DNA from: Aneurinibacillus sp.
Lineage (GTDB): Bacteria; Bacillota; UBA5301; DYFA01
Assembly: GCA_020725425.1 (NCBI GenBank)
Contig: DYFA01000027.1
Span: forward strand, 24,131-88,130
Reading direction: 5' to 3'
DNA length: 64,000 nt
The notes beneath the pieces are model-generated. The model was not told the DNA's origin and made no database searches. It worked only from the letters and a program-made list of their open reading frames with translations. This document shows, piece by piece, positions 37,424 to 47,860 of the stretch. The position numbers were made by a program, and so were the translations under genes. Every line of letters begins with the position of its first letter. Positions within the stretch are counted from its first letter, which is position 1.

Positions 37424-38254
37424 ATGTCCTTTCTCTCGGCTATCCTGGAAGCCAAACGCGCGGAGGTCCGCCGGGCCAGGCGCCGTGTCCCCGAGGCAAT
37501 CCTGGCGGCCAGCCCCCGCCCCGCCCGGCGGGACTTCTCCGCCAGCCTGCGGCAGGAAGGCCTTTCGGTCATCGCCGAGGTGAAGCGGGCTTCCCCGTCC
37601 AGAGGCCCTCTGGCCCCGGACCTCGACCTCGGCTGGCTGGTCAGCCGGTACGAGGCGGGGGGCGCCGCCGCGGTCTCCGTGTTGACCGACGGACGGTTCT
37701 TCGCGGGAAGCCTCGCCGACCTGCGAGCCATCCGGGAGCTGACCTCCCTGCCCCTATTGCGCAAGGACTTCCTGATCGACCCGTACCAGGTGGTCGAGGC
37801 GGCTGCGGCGGGGGCCGACGCCGTGCTGCTGATCGTCGCCTGCCTCAGTGCCCCTCAGTTGTCCGAGCTCTTGGCGGCGGCGGAGGAACAAGGTCTGGCG
37901 GCCTTGGTCGAGGTCCACACCCCAGCCGAACTGCAGACGGCCGTCGCCGCGGGAGCCAGGATCGTCGGACTCAACAATCGGGACCTCCACACGTTTGCAG
38001 TCGACCCGGGGACCACTCTGAGGCTGTTGCCGGAGGTTCCCCGGGGGTGCCTGGTGGTGGCGGAGAGCGGACTCCGTCAGCCGGAGGAGGCGGCCGCCCT
38101 GGCCCGGGCAGGGGTGGACGCCGTCCTGGTCGGGGAGGCCCTGGTCAAGAGCCCCGATCCGGCCGGACTGATCCGGGCTTTCCGGTTGTCGGCGGCGCGG
38201 AGATCCGCCGGACAGGTCCCTGCCGGAGAGGGGGACCGAGAGCATGTTTGTTAA
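37424..38254 (+). CDS. trpC: Indole-3-glycerol phosphate synthase
   Basis: TIM-barrel motifs (SVIAEVKRASPS; LRKDF; VGLNNRDL; ESG). ATG 3 nt after the trpD stop. Confidence 0.9.
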   Translation: MSFLSAILEAKRAEVRRARRRVPEAILAASPRPARRDFSASLRQEGLSVIAEVKRASPSRGPLAPDLDLGWLVSRYEAGGAAAVSVLTDGRFFAGSLADLRAIRELTSLPLLRKDFLIDPYQVVEAAAAGADAVLLIVACLSAPQLSELLAAAEEQGLAALVEVHTPAELQTAVAAGARIVGLNNRDLHTFAVDPGTTLRLLPEVPRGCLVVAESGLRQPEEAAALARAGVDAVLVGEALVKSPDPAGLIRAFRLSAARRSAGQVPAGEGDREHVC

Positions 38255-38879
38255 GATCTGCGGCCTGACCCGGGTCGACGAAGCGGTGGCGGCGGCAGAG
38301 GCCGGGGCCACCGCCATCGGGTTTGTCTTCGCCTCCTCCCCCCGACGGGTATCGCCCGCTCAGGCCCGGGTCATCGGGGAACGGCTGCCGCCGGGAGTCC
38401 TGCGGGTGGGGGTGTTCGTCTCGCCTGCGCCAGACGAGGTCGAGCAGACCCTGGCTGAGGCCGGCCTGGACCTGGCCCAGATTCATGGCGCCTTCCCGGA
38501 AGAAGGGTGGCTGCGCCTGGGCGATCGGGCGATCAGGGGGGTCAGGGTGGGGCAGGATGAACCCCACCCTGCTCTGACCACCGGCCGGCCGCGCTTTCTC
38601 CTGCTCGACACCTACCAGCCGGGGCTGGCCGGAGGAACCGGCCGGACCTTTGCCTGGTCCAAGGCCGGGGCCTTCCGGGCGCTGGGCCTGCCGCTCCTGA
38701 TCGCCGGAGGATTGGCCCCCAGCAACGTCCGGGCCGCTCTGACGGCCACGCGGCCGGCCGGAGTCGACGTGTCGAGCGGGGTGGAATCCTGCCCCGGGCG
38801 CAAGGACCCCGCCCTGGTCGCGGCCTTCCTGGCGGCGGTCCGGGAGTGGGAGGAGTCATTCGGAAGCAAAGGAGAGTAA
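38244..38879 (+). CDS. trpF: Phosphoribosylanthranilate isomerase
   Basis: MFVKICGLT...LLDT...GGTG...AGGL pattern typical of TrpF. Confidence 0.85.
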   Translation: MFVKICGLTRVDEAVAAAEAGATAIGFVFASSPRRVSPAQARVIGERLPPGVLRVGVFVSPAPDEVEQTLAEAGLDLAQIHGAFPEEGWLRLGDRAIRGVRVGQDEPHPALTTGRPRFLLLDTYQPGLAGGTGRTFAWSKAGAFRALGLPLLIAGGLAPSNVRAALTATRPAGVDVSSGVESCPGRKDPALVAAFLAAVREWEESFGSKGE

Positions 38880-38884
38880 GGCAG

Positions 38885-40060
38885 ATGCGAGGCTACTTCG
38901 GTCCCTACGGAGGCCAGTTCGTGCCGGAGACCGTGATGGCGGCCCTGGAAGAGCTCGAGCAGGCATACGCCCGCTACCGCGAGGATCCGGTGTTTCAGGC
39001 GGACCTGGCGGCGCTCTACCGGGACTACGCCGGGCGACCCACCCCGCTCTACCACGCCCGGCGCCTCAGCGCCGAGGCGGGCGGGGCCCAGATCCACCTC
39101 AAGCGGGAGGACCTGAACCACACCGGCGCCCACAAGCTTAACAACACCCTCGGCCAGATCCTGCTGGCGCAGCGCATGGGGAAGCGGCGCATCGTGGCCG
39201 AGACCGGCGCCGGGCAGCACGGGGTGGCCACCGCCACCGTGGCGGCCCTCTTCGGGTGCGAGTGCGTGATCTACATGGGCGCCAAGGACATGGCGCGCCA
39301 GGCGCCGAACGTCGCCCGGATGCGCATGCTAGGCGCCGAGGTCAGGGCGGTCGCCTCCGGGAGCCAGACGTTGAAAGACGCCACCAGTGAGGCCATCCGG
39401 GACTGGGTCACCAACGTGGAGGACACCTATTACCTGATCGGCTCGGTGGTCGGCCCTCACCCCTATCCCACCATCGTCCGGGACTTCCAGGCAATCATCG
39501 GACGGGAGGCCCTGGCCCAGGCCAGGGAGCAGCTGGGGCGGCTGCCGGAGGCGGTCTACGCCTGCGTCGGCGGGGGGAGCAACGCCATCGGCATCTTCAC
39601 GGCGTTCCTCGCTCACCCGGAGGTCAGGCTGGTGGGGGTGGAAGCCGCCGGGTTGGGGCTCGAGACGGGAGCTCACGCCGCCACGCTCGCCTGCGGCCGG
39701 CCGGGGGTCCTGCACGGGGCGCTGAGCTATCTTCTCTGCACGAAGGAGGGTCAGATTCAGGAGGCTCACTCGATCTCGGCCGGCCTGGACTATCCCGGGG
39801 TGGGGCCGGAACACAGCTGGCTCAAGGATCAGGGACGGGTGACCTACACCGCCGCCACCGACGAGGAGGCGCTGGCCGCCTTCCACCGCCTGACCCGCCT
39901 GGAAGGGATCCTTCCGGCGCTGGAAAGCGCTCACGCCGTGGCGGCTGCCCTGCGGGACGCCGCCCGTCTCCCGGCCGGCCAGAATCTCGTGGTCAACCTC
40001 TCCGGGCGGGGGGACAAGGACCTGGCGATAGTGGCCGGGGAGGAGGGGGTCGCCGTATGA
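38885..40060 (+). CDS. trpB: Tryptophan synthase beta subunit
   Basis: PLP-binding site HTGAHKLNN, plus [18 protein letters not shown] and [19 protein letters not shown] ribosome-binding site. Confidence 0.95.
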   Translation: MRGYFGPYGGQFVPETVMAALEELEQAYARYREDPVFQADLAALYRDYAGRPTPLYHARRLSAEAGGAQIHLKREDLNHTGAHKLNNTLGQILLAQRMGKRRIVAETGAGQHGVATATVAALFGCECVIYMGAKDMARQAPNVARMRMLGAEVRAVASGSQTLKDATSEAIRDWVTNVEDTYYLIGSVVGPHPYPTIVRDFQAIIGREALAQAREQLGRLPEAVYACVGGGSNAIGIFTAFLAHPEVRLVGVEAAGLGLETGAHAATLACGRPGVLHGALSYLLCTKEGQIQEAHSISAGLDYPGVGPEHSWLKDQGRVTYTAATDEEALAAFHRLTRLEGILPALESAHAVAAALRDAARLPAGQNLVVNLSGRGDKDLAIVAGEEGVAV

Positions 40061-40839
40061 ACCGGGTCGCCGAGCGTCTCGCCGGCCTGCGCGCTCAAGG
40101 CTGCAAGGCGTTCGTCCCGTTCGTCATGGCCGGCTACCCGGACCTCGAGGCCACTGCCCGACTGCTGGTCGGGCTCTCCCGGGCCGGGGCGGACGTGATC
40201 GAGCTCGGTCTGCCCTTTTCGGATCCCCTGGCCGACGGGCCGGTGAACCAGTCGGCCGCCCACGCGGCGCTGGCCGCCGGGACAACTGTCGACCGCGTCC
40301 TGGCCCTCCTGGCGTCGGTTACCCCGCACCTGGCCTGTCCAGTCATGCTCTTCACCTACCTCAACCCTGTCCTCCAGGCCGGGCCGGAGGTCTTCGCCGC
40401 CCGGGCGGCCGCCGCCGGTGCCGCCGGGCTGGTCATCCCGGATCTTCCCCCGGAGGCGGCCGGGGAGATCCGGGCGCACGCCCGGGAGCACGGCCTGGGT
40501 TTGGCTTTCCTGGTTGCCCCGACCAGTCCGGAGCAGCGTCTTCGCCTGGCCGGCCAGGCCAGCTCCGCCTTCGTGTACGCGGTCTCGCTCCGAGGCGTGA
40601 CCGGCGAACGCCAGACTCTCCCGCCCGACCTGCCGGACTTCCTCCAGCGGGTCAAGCGGCAAGTCGCGCAGCCGGTCCTGGTCGGGTTCGGGATCAGCAC
40701 GCCGGCGCAGGCCAGAGAGGCGGCGCGCTTGGCCGACGGGGTGATCGTAGGCAGCGCGCTGGTGCGACTCGCCGGGTCAGGCGGGGTGGACGCCGCCTGT
40801 GGGCTGGCGCAGGAACTGCGGGAGGCGATCCGGTGTTGA
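40057..40839 (+). CDS. trpA: Tryptophan synthase alpha subunit
   Basis: [36 protein letters not shown] overlap with trpB. Confidence 0.9.
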   Translation: MNRVAERLAGLRAQGCKAFVPFVMAGYPDLEATARLLVGLSRAGADVIELGLPFSDPLADGPVNQSAAHAALAAGTTVDRVLALLASVTPHLACPVMLFTYLNPVLQAGPEVFAARAAAAGAAGLVIPDLPPEAAGEIRAHAREHGLGLAFLVAPTSPEQRLRLAGQASSAFVYAVSLRGVTGERQTLPPDLPDFLQRVKRQVAQPVLVGFGISTPAQAREAARLADGVIVGSALVRLAGSGGVDAACGLAQELREAIRC

Positions 40840-40862
40840 ACTGGCTCGGAAGGGCCGGGCGG

Positions 40863-42278
40863 CTACTCTGCCAGTTTCACGCACCGCCAGGCGGTGCGGT
40901 CCACCAGCCGGCCTAGGTACGCCTCTGCAGCCACGAAGAAGCGGCGACGGGGTCCGGCGGCCAGCCGGGGAAAGCGGACGATGATCGCCCGGTCCGACGC
41001 CGTCACGGGGTAGTCCGGCTCGGGCGCGGATTTCCGACCCGGGAAGGCCGCCCACCTTCCCTCACAAAAGCGGAGGCGAAGGTCGGAGCGGAGCGGGGTT
41101 CCGTCGGCCAGGGCCGGCAGGGCGTGCAAGTGCAGGCAGTAAGCGACAAAGGGGGAAAGGGGGCGCCGGACAGTGAGGCGGCAGTAGAGGTAGTCCCGGT
41201 CCGACCAGAGGGCGATCTCCTCGAGGTCGGCGGCTCCTTCCGCCTCCCCGGCCAGAATGTCGCCGACCGGGTCGTTCACCGCCGCCACCGGCGCAGGGCC
41301 GATTTCCGGGGCCGGGGGGAGAAGACCGAAGAGCTCGTCAGCCCGGGCGAAAGCCAAGAGGTGGCTGCGCATGACCTTGACCTGAGACCGATACTCGAGG
41401 ATGGCTTGGTGCTTGGCTTTGACTTCCTCGGGGGTCAGGGGAAACGTCCTCCACTCCGTCCCGACCTGGAGGAGCCGGGGCGGGGGGGCCAGCCCAAGGC
41501 GCGGGCAATACCCCTTGGGTGTGGGCCAGGACCCCCGGTGGACCAAGTAGGTGAGGAGCTGCGGCTTCTGACGGAAGAGGTGGCTCAAGCCCCGCTCCGA
41601 CTCCTCCAGCATGGCCAGGGAGTAGACGACGAAGTTGTGGGTCGCCCAATGGTCGGGGTGCAGGTCGTTGGGGTGGGGGAGGATGATCGTGTCCGGGTTG
41701 AACTCCCGGATGAGCTGCATGATCTCCTCGGCCAGGGCCGCCCCGCTGAACGGCGCCCCCGTGACATAGCTGTTGTGGTAGGGCGAGTGGCTGAGCTTGG
41801 TGTACCGGGAGGTGTAGGGGTTGGACTTGCGCCAGTGGTTCTCCCACTCCGCGGCCGTTCCCCGGTCCGGGAAGCCCAGGAAGGTCACGGCGCTTGAGGG
41901 CAGGCCGAGGGAGTTGAGCGCCGCCAGCGTCTCCTGCTGGCGGAGGTAGGCGAACTGGATGTACTTTTCCGGCGTAAGGCGGACGGAGTGGAACTCGTCC
42001 TCAGCGGCCAGCGTGAAGCCGTCGCCGTTGGTGAGGAGGACCACCCGCACCACTGCCCCGGCACGCCTGGCGCGGCTGAGCAGTCCCCCGGAAGCGAGGA
42101 CCTCGTCGTCGCTGTGGGGGGCGAAGACCATGATGCGGTCGCCCCGCTCTATAGTGAGCGGGGGCAGTGGCTTCGAAGGCGCGGGTGCGGTCGGGAAGGC
42201 GAAGCGCCACCAGAAGGCGACGGTTGCCGCAAGCAGGAAAGCCGCCACGGCGGCCGGCCGGCGGATTGCGTGGGGCAC
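40863..42278 (-). CDS. Membrane-anchored PIG-L/LmbE-family N-deacetylase with C-terminal extension
   Basis: N-terminal anchor, then VFAPHSDDEVLASGG, HPDH and the other LmbE Zn-site motifs. About 200 extra C-terminal residues. Confidence 0.7.
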   Translation of the reverse strand: MPHAIRRPAAVAAFLLAATVAFWWRFAFPTAPAPSKPLPPLTIERGDRIMVFAPHSDDEVLASGGLLSRARRAGAVVRVVLLTNGDGFTLAAEDEFHSVRLTPEKYIQFAYLRQQETLAALNSLGLPSSAVTFLGFPDRGTAAEWENHWRKSNPYTSRYTKLSHSPYHNSYVTGAPFSGAALAEEIMQLIREFNPDTIILPHPNDLHPDHWATHNFVVYSLAMLEESERGLSHLFRQKPQLLTYLVHRGSWPTPKGYCPRLGLAPPPRLLQVGTEWRTFPLTPEEVKAKHQAILEYRSQVKVMRSHLLAFARADELFGLLPPAPEIGPAPVAAVNDPVGDILAGEAEGAADLEEIALWSDRDYLYCRLTVRRPLSPFVAYCLHLHALPALADGTPLRSDLRLRFCEGRWAAFPGRKSAPEPDYPVTASDRAIIVRFPRLAAGPRRRFFVAAEAYLGRLVDRTAWRCVKLAE

Positions 42279-42401
42279 GCCCCTGTTCCTCCTACGGGCC
42301 AGTCTCTCCCGCTGCCGGGGCCCCTGCGCGCAAGCCGTTCGACGCCCGGCCGGGCGTCGAAGTATTTCCGCCTGCTGCTCGGGAAGTCCTTCCCTGTCCC
42401 C

Positions 42402-43499
42402 TCAGGCAAGAGCAGGTCCTGGAGGCAGTATCCGGTCCAGTACCTCCTGCTGCTTCCCTTCGATGGCCGCGAAGTCCATGTGCGGCACGTAGTGGCGCTC
42501 CAGCTCGTCGTGGACCTCTTTGGCCCGGTGAAGGTGGTCCACCGCCGCCGCGAAGGCCTCGTCGTAAAAGACACGGGCCGTCTCCAACTCCCCGCGGAAG
42601 GGTGCGAGCCGGGACTCGGTCACGAACTCCCCGGTGTCCACGGTCCGGTCGCCGGGCTGAGCCGGATAGGGATGGGGCTCCGCCCCGTTGATGACGGCGA
42701 CGTCCAGGGCGGGGATGAGGGCGTGGTCGATCCGGGAGGGGTCCAGGGCGTCATGAAAGACTTCCACGTCGTACCCGCGGAAGGCGGCCAGGTCGGCGAG
42801 GTAGCGGACGATGGTCGTCTTTCCGGTGCCGGGAGGTCCGCTGAGGATCACCCGGCGGGAGACCGGCGCGAAGAGCGAGGCGAAGTGGTGGCGGAGGCCG
42901 TCGGGCGTGATGGCGCTGGCGAAGAGATGGCGCTCGCGGGCTTGGCGGGCGAGGCTGGGCCGGCCGGCGAAGAGGTCGTTCCCGAGCGCCTCGGCCACCC
43001 GGTTGAGCGCGGCGTAGTCCACCGCCTCCGAGTCGCAGTAAGCCGCCTCCCACTGGTCGTGGAAGGTCTTGGCGGCGGCGAGGTACCCATAGGCCCGGCG
43101 GAAGAGCCGGCCGACCTCTCTGGTGGCGGCGAGAATGGCCTCCCGCTCGGCCCGCATCGCCGGTTCGTCCCAAAAGTCCCCGAGGTGGACGATGGTGTCG
43201 ACGGCGCCGGGATGGCGCGGATCCAGAACATGTGGAGCCGTACCATCTATCAGCGCAACTCCCAGCGACGGGGCGACGACACCGTCCAGTGAGTGGTTGT
43301 CGGCGGAACAGTGGTGCAGTTCGACGGGGATTCCCCGGGCGCTCAACTTCGCGGCGATCGAGCGCATGAAGCTGGATTTGCCGACGCCCGGCCCCCCTTT
43401 GATGATGTAGATGCGGCTGATCTCAGGGCCGGCGACGTAATCGTAAAACGAGTAGAAGCCGAGAGCGGTGTTGCCTCCCGGAAAGACGTGGCGCTCCAT
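42402..43499 (-). CDS. Tandem P-loop NTPase of unknown function
   Basis: Two Walker A motifs (GGPGVGKSS and GPPGTGKTT), each followed by a kinase-like domain. ATG at 43499 after AAGGGGGAGAAGG. The track ORF extends to 43856 without support. Confidence 0.55.
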   Translation of the reverse strand: MERHVFPGGNTALGFYSFYDYVAGPEISRIYIIKGGPGVGKSSFMRSIAAKLSARGIPVELHHCSADNHSLDGVVAPSLGVALIDGTAPHVLDPRHPGAVDTIVHLGDFWDEPAMRAEREAILAATREVGRLFRRAYGYLAAAKTFHDQWEAAYCDSEAVDYAALNRVAEALGNDLFAGRPSLARQARERHLFASAITPDGLRHHFASLFAPVSRRVILSGPPGTGKTTIVRYLADLAAFRGYDVEVFHDALDPSRIDHALIPALDVAVINGAEPHPYPAQPGDRTVDTGEFVTESRLAPFRGELETARVFYDEAFAAAVDHLHRAKEVHDELERHYVPHMDFAAIEGKQQEVLDRILPPGPALA

Positions 43500-43669
43500 T
43501 CCTTCTCCCCCTTCTGCGCCCGGAGTGTACGGCCGGGCGCTTTGTGAGGTTATCTTACGGGAGAGAAGAGAGGGGTGTGCCCGTCCGCCACCTTCTCCCG
43601 GCGGACAGTCGTCTCCGGGATTCATAAACCCCTGGGTCCGGCATAACTCTCCGGCAGGGGGTGAGCGGG

Positions 43670-45517
43670 ATGTACGTCCTGGTCTGGCGGCCCCGCAAGG
43701 GCACAGCCTTGCCGGCGCTAGGGTTGTTTCTACTCCTTTCGCTGTTGGCAGCGGGGCGGGAGATGGAACCGCCGCTCCGCCTGGCCGTTCCCGAAACGCT
43801 TCTCCCCGCGGCGAAGGAGCTCGTGACCGCCTATACCTCGGCCTGTCCCGGGGCACAGGTTCACCTCCTGCCGGTGGACGGGGAAGCGGCGGCCACCGGT
43901 TTGGTCCGGGAGAAGGCGGCCGAGGCTGCTCTGGTAAGGGGGGCTTTCCCGGCGTCGGGAGGTGACTCCGCCCCGCGGCCGGTCCGGCTGGGCGGCGGGC
44001 GCCTCCGTCTGGTGCACGTCGGGTGGGAGGCAGTGGCTGCCGTCTCCGGTCCTTTCACCCCGCCCGGCGACCTGAGCGCGGCGCAAGTGACGGCGCTCCT
44101 CAGCGGGAAGCCGGTTCCCTGGGGGACGATCGCCCCCGGAGCCAGCGGCAGGGTCCGCCTGTACTGGCCGGCCGGGAACGCCGCCCTCCCGCTTCTGGCA
44201 GATTTCCTGGCCGCCCGGGGTCAGCGGCTGCAGCCCGGCCGGGTGGTCCGCGGGTTCGACGACTTCCGTCAGGCTCTGCTGGCGGATCCGGCCGGCCTCG
44301 GTTTCGTCCCCCTGTCCGCCCTTGCCCCCGGCTTGCGCCCACTTGCCGTCGGGGGCGCCCTGCCCGACCGGGATGCTCTAGCCGCCGGCCGCTACCCGCT
44401 GTCCCGCCCGCTCTTTCTGGCCCTGCCCGGGAGGCCGACTGCCCCGGCCCGCGCCCTGGTGCGGGAGGCCCGGCGCCGGTGGGGTGAAGCCGGCGGACGC
44501 CCGGTAACCGTGGCTCTGGCAGGTGACTTCCTGCCGGACGGGCCTGTGGGGGAGGCCATTCGCAAGCACGGCCCGGAGTGGCCCTGGGCCAAGGTGGGTC
44601 CCCTGACCGCCGGCTGCGACCTGGCGGTCTGCAACCTGGAGGCGCCGCTCTCGGAGATTGGGTGGAAGATCAACGAGTACCGCGGAGACCCAGTGGCGGT
44701 CAGAGGGCTCCGCTCCGCAGGTATAGACGGAGTGACCGTGGCGAACGACCACATCCTGGACTATGATGATCCAGCGCTCCTCTCCACGCTGGCTCTGCTC
44801 GACCGGGAGGGCATCGCCCACGCCGGAGCCGGCGCTACGCTGGCCCACGCCCGGAGACCGGCGGTTTTCCAGGTGCGGGGAATCCGGGTGGCGCTCCTGG
44901 CCTACGGCCGTCCCGAACTGGGCCGTTCCCGGACCGGCCGGCGCTGGGACGCCTCCCCCTGGTCGCCGGGGATCGCCCCGGCGGTGACGGAAGAGGTGGC
45001 GGAGGACGTGCGCCGGGCGCGCCGGGAGGCGGAGGTAGTCCTGGTCGGGGTGCACTGGGGCGAAGAGGGAGCGGAGGCGCCGCGCTCCGAGGACCGGCTC
45101 CTCGCCCGGGCGGCGATCGACGCCGGGGCGGCGGCGGTCTTCGGATGCGGCCCCGGCCTGGTCCAGGGGCTGGAGCTCTACCAGGACGGGGTCGTCCTGT
45201 ACGGGCTCGGCAGCTTCGTCCGCCAGGAGGATGAACCGGCGAAGCAACTGGGCGTGGTGGCCGTGCTCTCCCTGGCCGGCGGGTGGGTTCAGGGGGTGAA
45301 GCTGGTACCGGTCCGGAACGTGGGCGCCCAGCCGGTGGTTCTTGAGGGGACAGAGCGCGCCGCCGCTCTCCGGCTGCTCCATGAACGTACCAGGCACATC
45401 CAGGCTGTCTTCCTTCAGTCCCCCGCAGGAAATGGCGGCGAGGCACCGTATTCTGGCGGGAGAAGGGGGCCTTCGCTTGAGCGACATAACCATCACGGAA
45501 TGCCGGACTTTCCCTGA
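43670..45517 (+). CDS. Fusion of a periplasmic-binding-protein-like domain with a CapA/PgsA-type metallophosphatase domain
   Basis: Signal/anchor, then a PstS-like PBP domain (LSGKPVPWGTI...). C-terminal CapA motifs CDLAVCNLEAPLS, GIDGVTVANDHILDYD, GIAHAGAG. Confidence 0.65.
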   Translation: MYVLVWRPRKGTALPALGLFLLLSLLAAGREMEPPLRLAVPETLLPAAKELVTAYTSACPGAQVHLLPVDGEAAATGLVREKAAEAALVRGAFPASGGDSAPRPVRLGGGRLRLVHVGWEAVAAVSGPFTPPGDLSAAQVTALLSGKPVPWGTIAPGASGRVRLYWPAGNAALPLLADFLAARGQRLQPGRVVRGFDDFRQALLADPAGLGFVPLSALAPGLRPLAVGGALPDRDALAAGRYPLSRPLFLALPGRPTAPARALVREARRRWGEAGGRPVTVALAGDFLPDGPVGEAIRKHGPEWPWAKVGPLTAGCDLAVCNLEAPLSEIGWKINEYRGDPVAVRGLRSAGIDGVTVANDHILDYDDPALLSTLALLDREGIAHAGAGATLAHARRPAVFQVRGIRVALLAYGRPELGRSRTGRRWDASPWSPGIAPAVTEEVAEDVRRARREAEVVLVGVHWGEEGAEAPRSEDRLLARAAIDAGAAAVFGCGPGLVQGLELYQDGVVLYGLGSFVRQEDEPAKQLGVVAVLSLAGGWVQGVKLVPVRNVGAQPVVLEGTERAAALRLLHERTRHIQAVFLQSPAGNGGEAPYSGGRRGPSLERHNHHGMPDFP

Positions 45518-46613
45518 GCACTTCGCCTTCTTCGCCTTGCCTCGCCGGCTCTACCGCAACGACCCGAACTGGGTGCCCCCGCTACTCTTCGAGTTGTGGC
45601 AGGTTCTGTACCCGCGCTACAACGCCCTGCTGCGCCTCGGACCCCACGCCCACCTGCTCGCCCGGCGGAACGGGCGGGTGGTGGGGAGGCTGGGGGTGGG
45701 GATCGACGAGAACCTCAACGCCAGGAAAAACCGGCGCGAGGGCTACCTCACCCTGTTCGAGGCGGAGAACGACTACGCCATCGCCCAGGCGCTCTTCGAC
45801 GCCGGCGAGAAGTGGCTCGCCGAGCGCGGGATGACCGCCTGGACCGGCCCCCAGTCCCCCTCCAACGGCGACGACTACCGGGGCCTCCTGGTCAAGGGTT
45901 TCGATTCTCCGCCGGTCCTCATGAACAGCTACAATCCCCCTTATTACCAGGAGTTTTTCGAGCGTTACGGGTTCGTGAAGCAGTTCGACCGTCTGGCCTT
46001 CCGCATCGACCTCTCGCAGGGGGAGCCGGAACGCTTCGCCCGCCTGGCTGAGACGGTCCAGGAACGGTACGGCTTCCACGTGGACCAGGTCGACCTGAGG
46101 CGCATCCACGAAGAGTTCGCGGACGTCAAGGTGATCTGCGACAACTCCTGGCCTGAGGAGTGGCCGGACATGATCCCTCCCACCATGGAGGAGATCCAGG
46201 CGGAGGCCGACCGCCTCCTGCCGCTGGCCGAATCCGACCTGGTGCACATCGCCCGGAGCGACGAAGGGAAACCGATCGGTTTCTCGGTGACGCTCCCCGA
46301 CTACAACCAGGTGCTGAGGAAAATGAAAGGGCGTCTGCTCCCCTTCGGTTGGCTCATCTTCCTCCGGGAGCGGAAGAAGATCGACGCCGGGCGCATCTTC
46401 ATCCTCATGGTGGACAAGGAGTGGCACCGCAAGGGTGTCTCCGCGGCGCTCTATCACGCCAACTATCAGGCGGCTCTGCGGCGCGGCTGGAAGTGGGGCG
46501 AGGGCGGAACGGTCCACGAGTTCAACCGCAAGATGGTGGCCGACGCCGAGGGGGCCGGGGGAAAGCTGTACAAGATCTATCGCATCTACCGCAAGGAACT
46601 GGCCCCGGCCTGA
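45477..46613 (+). CDS. Uncharacterised protein, possibly an acyltransferase fold
   Basis: TTG at 45477 after GGGAGAAGGGGG (alternative ATG at 45432). Conserved-looking FFALPRRLYRNDPNWVPPLLFE. No family firmly recognised. Confidence 0.4.
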   Translation: MSDITITECRTFPEHFAFFALPRRLYRNDPNWVPPLLFELWQVLYPRYNALLRLGPHAHLLARRNGRVVGRLGVGIDENLNARKNRREGYLTLFEAENDYAIAQALFDAGEKWLAERGMTAWTGPQSPSNGDDYRGLLVKGFDSPPVLMNSYNPPYYQEFFERYGFVKQFDRLAFRIDLSQGEPERFARLAETVQERYGFHVDQVDLRRIHEEFADVKVICDNSWPEEWPDMIPPTMEEIQAEADRLLPLAESDLVHIARSDEGKPIGFSVTLPDYNQVLRKMKGRLLPFGWLIFLRERKKIDAGRIFILMVDKEWHRKGVSAALYHANYQAALRRGWKWGEGGTVHEFNRKMVADAEGAGGKLYKIYRIYRKELAPA

Positions 46614-46678
46614 GGCGGCCGCCGTCAAACCTCTCTCCTACTACTCGGCTCGGTATTCGGGAATAAGCTGTAGCCGGG

Positions 46679-46951
46679 GTGGGACGCGTGGAGCAAGCAC
46701 GGTCGGAAGAAAGGTCGCTCGCCAACCTCCTGCGTGCCTCCCGACCCGAGTTCGTAACTCCCGAGGTGTACACCATTCACCGGGGGATCGACGTAATTCT
46801 CGGGCTGCTCCTGATTGCCAATTACCTGCGCAGCACTGGTATCTTCATCGGTGACGACGGGGCAGTGAGTATCTCTATTTCCGGCCCGCTCATCAATAAG
46901 CCTTTCGTGCAGGCAATCTTCGACAGGGAGAGGGGGAGGGAGAATGGCTGA
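46679..46951 (+). CDS. Small hypothetical protein
   Basis: 90-aa ORF with no recognisable family and a weak ribosome-binding site. Confidence 0.3.
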   Translation: MGRVEQARSEERSLANLLRASRPEFVTPEVYTIHRGIDVILGLLLIANYLRSTGIFIGDDGAVSISISGPLINKPFVQAIFDRERGRENG

Positions 46952-47165
46952 GAATCCTGCACCGTCCCCTACCGCTGGTCTCGCGCCGCGCAGCATCGAC
47001 TTGACCCCTGCTGGAGCGGTGTTACTGATCGTCGCCCTGGCCATCGCCATCTTCTACTACGTCACTCCTCCCATCGGGCCGCCTGTGGGTCGGATCCTCG
47101 CCATCCTGGGGTTACGCCGCCCGCCCGAGGAGGCGCTTGGCGGCCGAGGCTCCTCGTCGAAGTAG
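46944..47165 (+). CDS. Small membrane protein
   Basis: ATG after GGGGGAGGGAGA. One transmembrane helix (AVLLIVALAIAIFYYV). Overlaps the 3' end of the convergent amidase ORF. Confidence 0.35.
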   Translation: MAENPAPSPTAGLAPRSIDLTPAGAVLLIVALAIAIFYYVTPPIGPPVGRILAILGLRRPPEEALGGRGSSSK

Positions 47166-47860
47166 GTGGTGATCCCCCGCAGCAACGCCCGGGCGAGTTC
47201 CTCGCGGTAGACCTCCTGGTTCAGCAGGTGGCGCTCCTCCGGGTGGGAGATGAACCCCAGCTCGACGAGGACCGACGGAATGTCGGTGCACCTTAACAGG
47301 AAGAGGTCGGCGGCCCCGGCCCGGCGGTAGTTCCCTGGCTGGAGGCGGAGGAGTTCCGCCTGGAGCGCCAGGGCGAGCCGCCGCCCTTCGACGGACGAGG
47401 GGTGGTAGAAGACCTGCCCGTACTGGCAGGAGGAGTCGGAATGGGCGTCGACGTGGAGGCTCAGGAGGATCTCCGCCCGCCCCTTCTCGGCGATGGCGGC
47501 CCGCCGGCGGAGTTCCGCCCGGTCCGGCAGGTCGCTCTCCCAGTCGTCAGTCCGGGTGAGGACAGCCCGGCCGCCGGCCTGGCGGACGAGCCGGCCGAGG
47601 CGCCGGGCGACGTCGAGCGTGATCTCCTTTTCGGTAAGACGGCTCTCGGGGTGGTGGGCGCCGCTGTCGATCCCGCCGTGCCCCGGGTCGAGGGCGATGG
47701 TGCGACCGGCCAGCGGCCGGAGCCTGACGGGACGGCGGACGGCGGCCGCCCAGGCGCCACCGACGAGCCCCCCGACCAGGGCGAAGGCGAGCAGGGCGGC
47801 CAGCCTCCGGCGGGTGAGCACGACGACGACCGGCAGACGGGTGCGCTGGCGGACCTCCAC
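47057..47860 (-). CDS. N-acetylmuramoyl-L-alanine amidase (Amidase_3; CwlD/AmiC-like)
   Basis: Signal/anchor, then IALDPGHGGIDSGA...EKEITLDVARRL...LSLHVDA...SVLVELGFISHPEE. The true stop may lie earlier than the ORF end. Confidence 0.8.
   Translation of the reverse strand: MEVRQRTRLPVVVVLTRRRLAALLAFALVGGLVGGAWAAAVRRPVRLRPLAGRTIALDPGHGGIDSGAHHPESRLTEKEITLDVARRLGRLVRQAGGRAVLTRTDDWESDLPDRAELRRRAAIAEKGRAEILLSLHVDAHSDSSCQYGQVFYHPSSVEGRRLALALQAELLRLQPGNYRRAGAADLFLLRCTDIPSVLVELGFISHPEERHLLNQEVYREELARALLRGITTYFDEEPRPPSASSGGRRNPRMARIRPTGGPMGGVT

Noticed and set aside
44378-46628. Two long minus-strand ORFs (44378-45496 and 45582-46628)
   Set aside because: Antisense to the PBP-CapA fusion and the following gene. 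Low-complexity composition.
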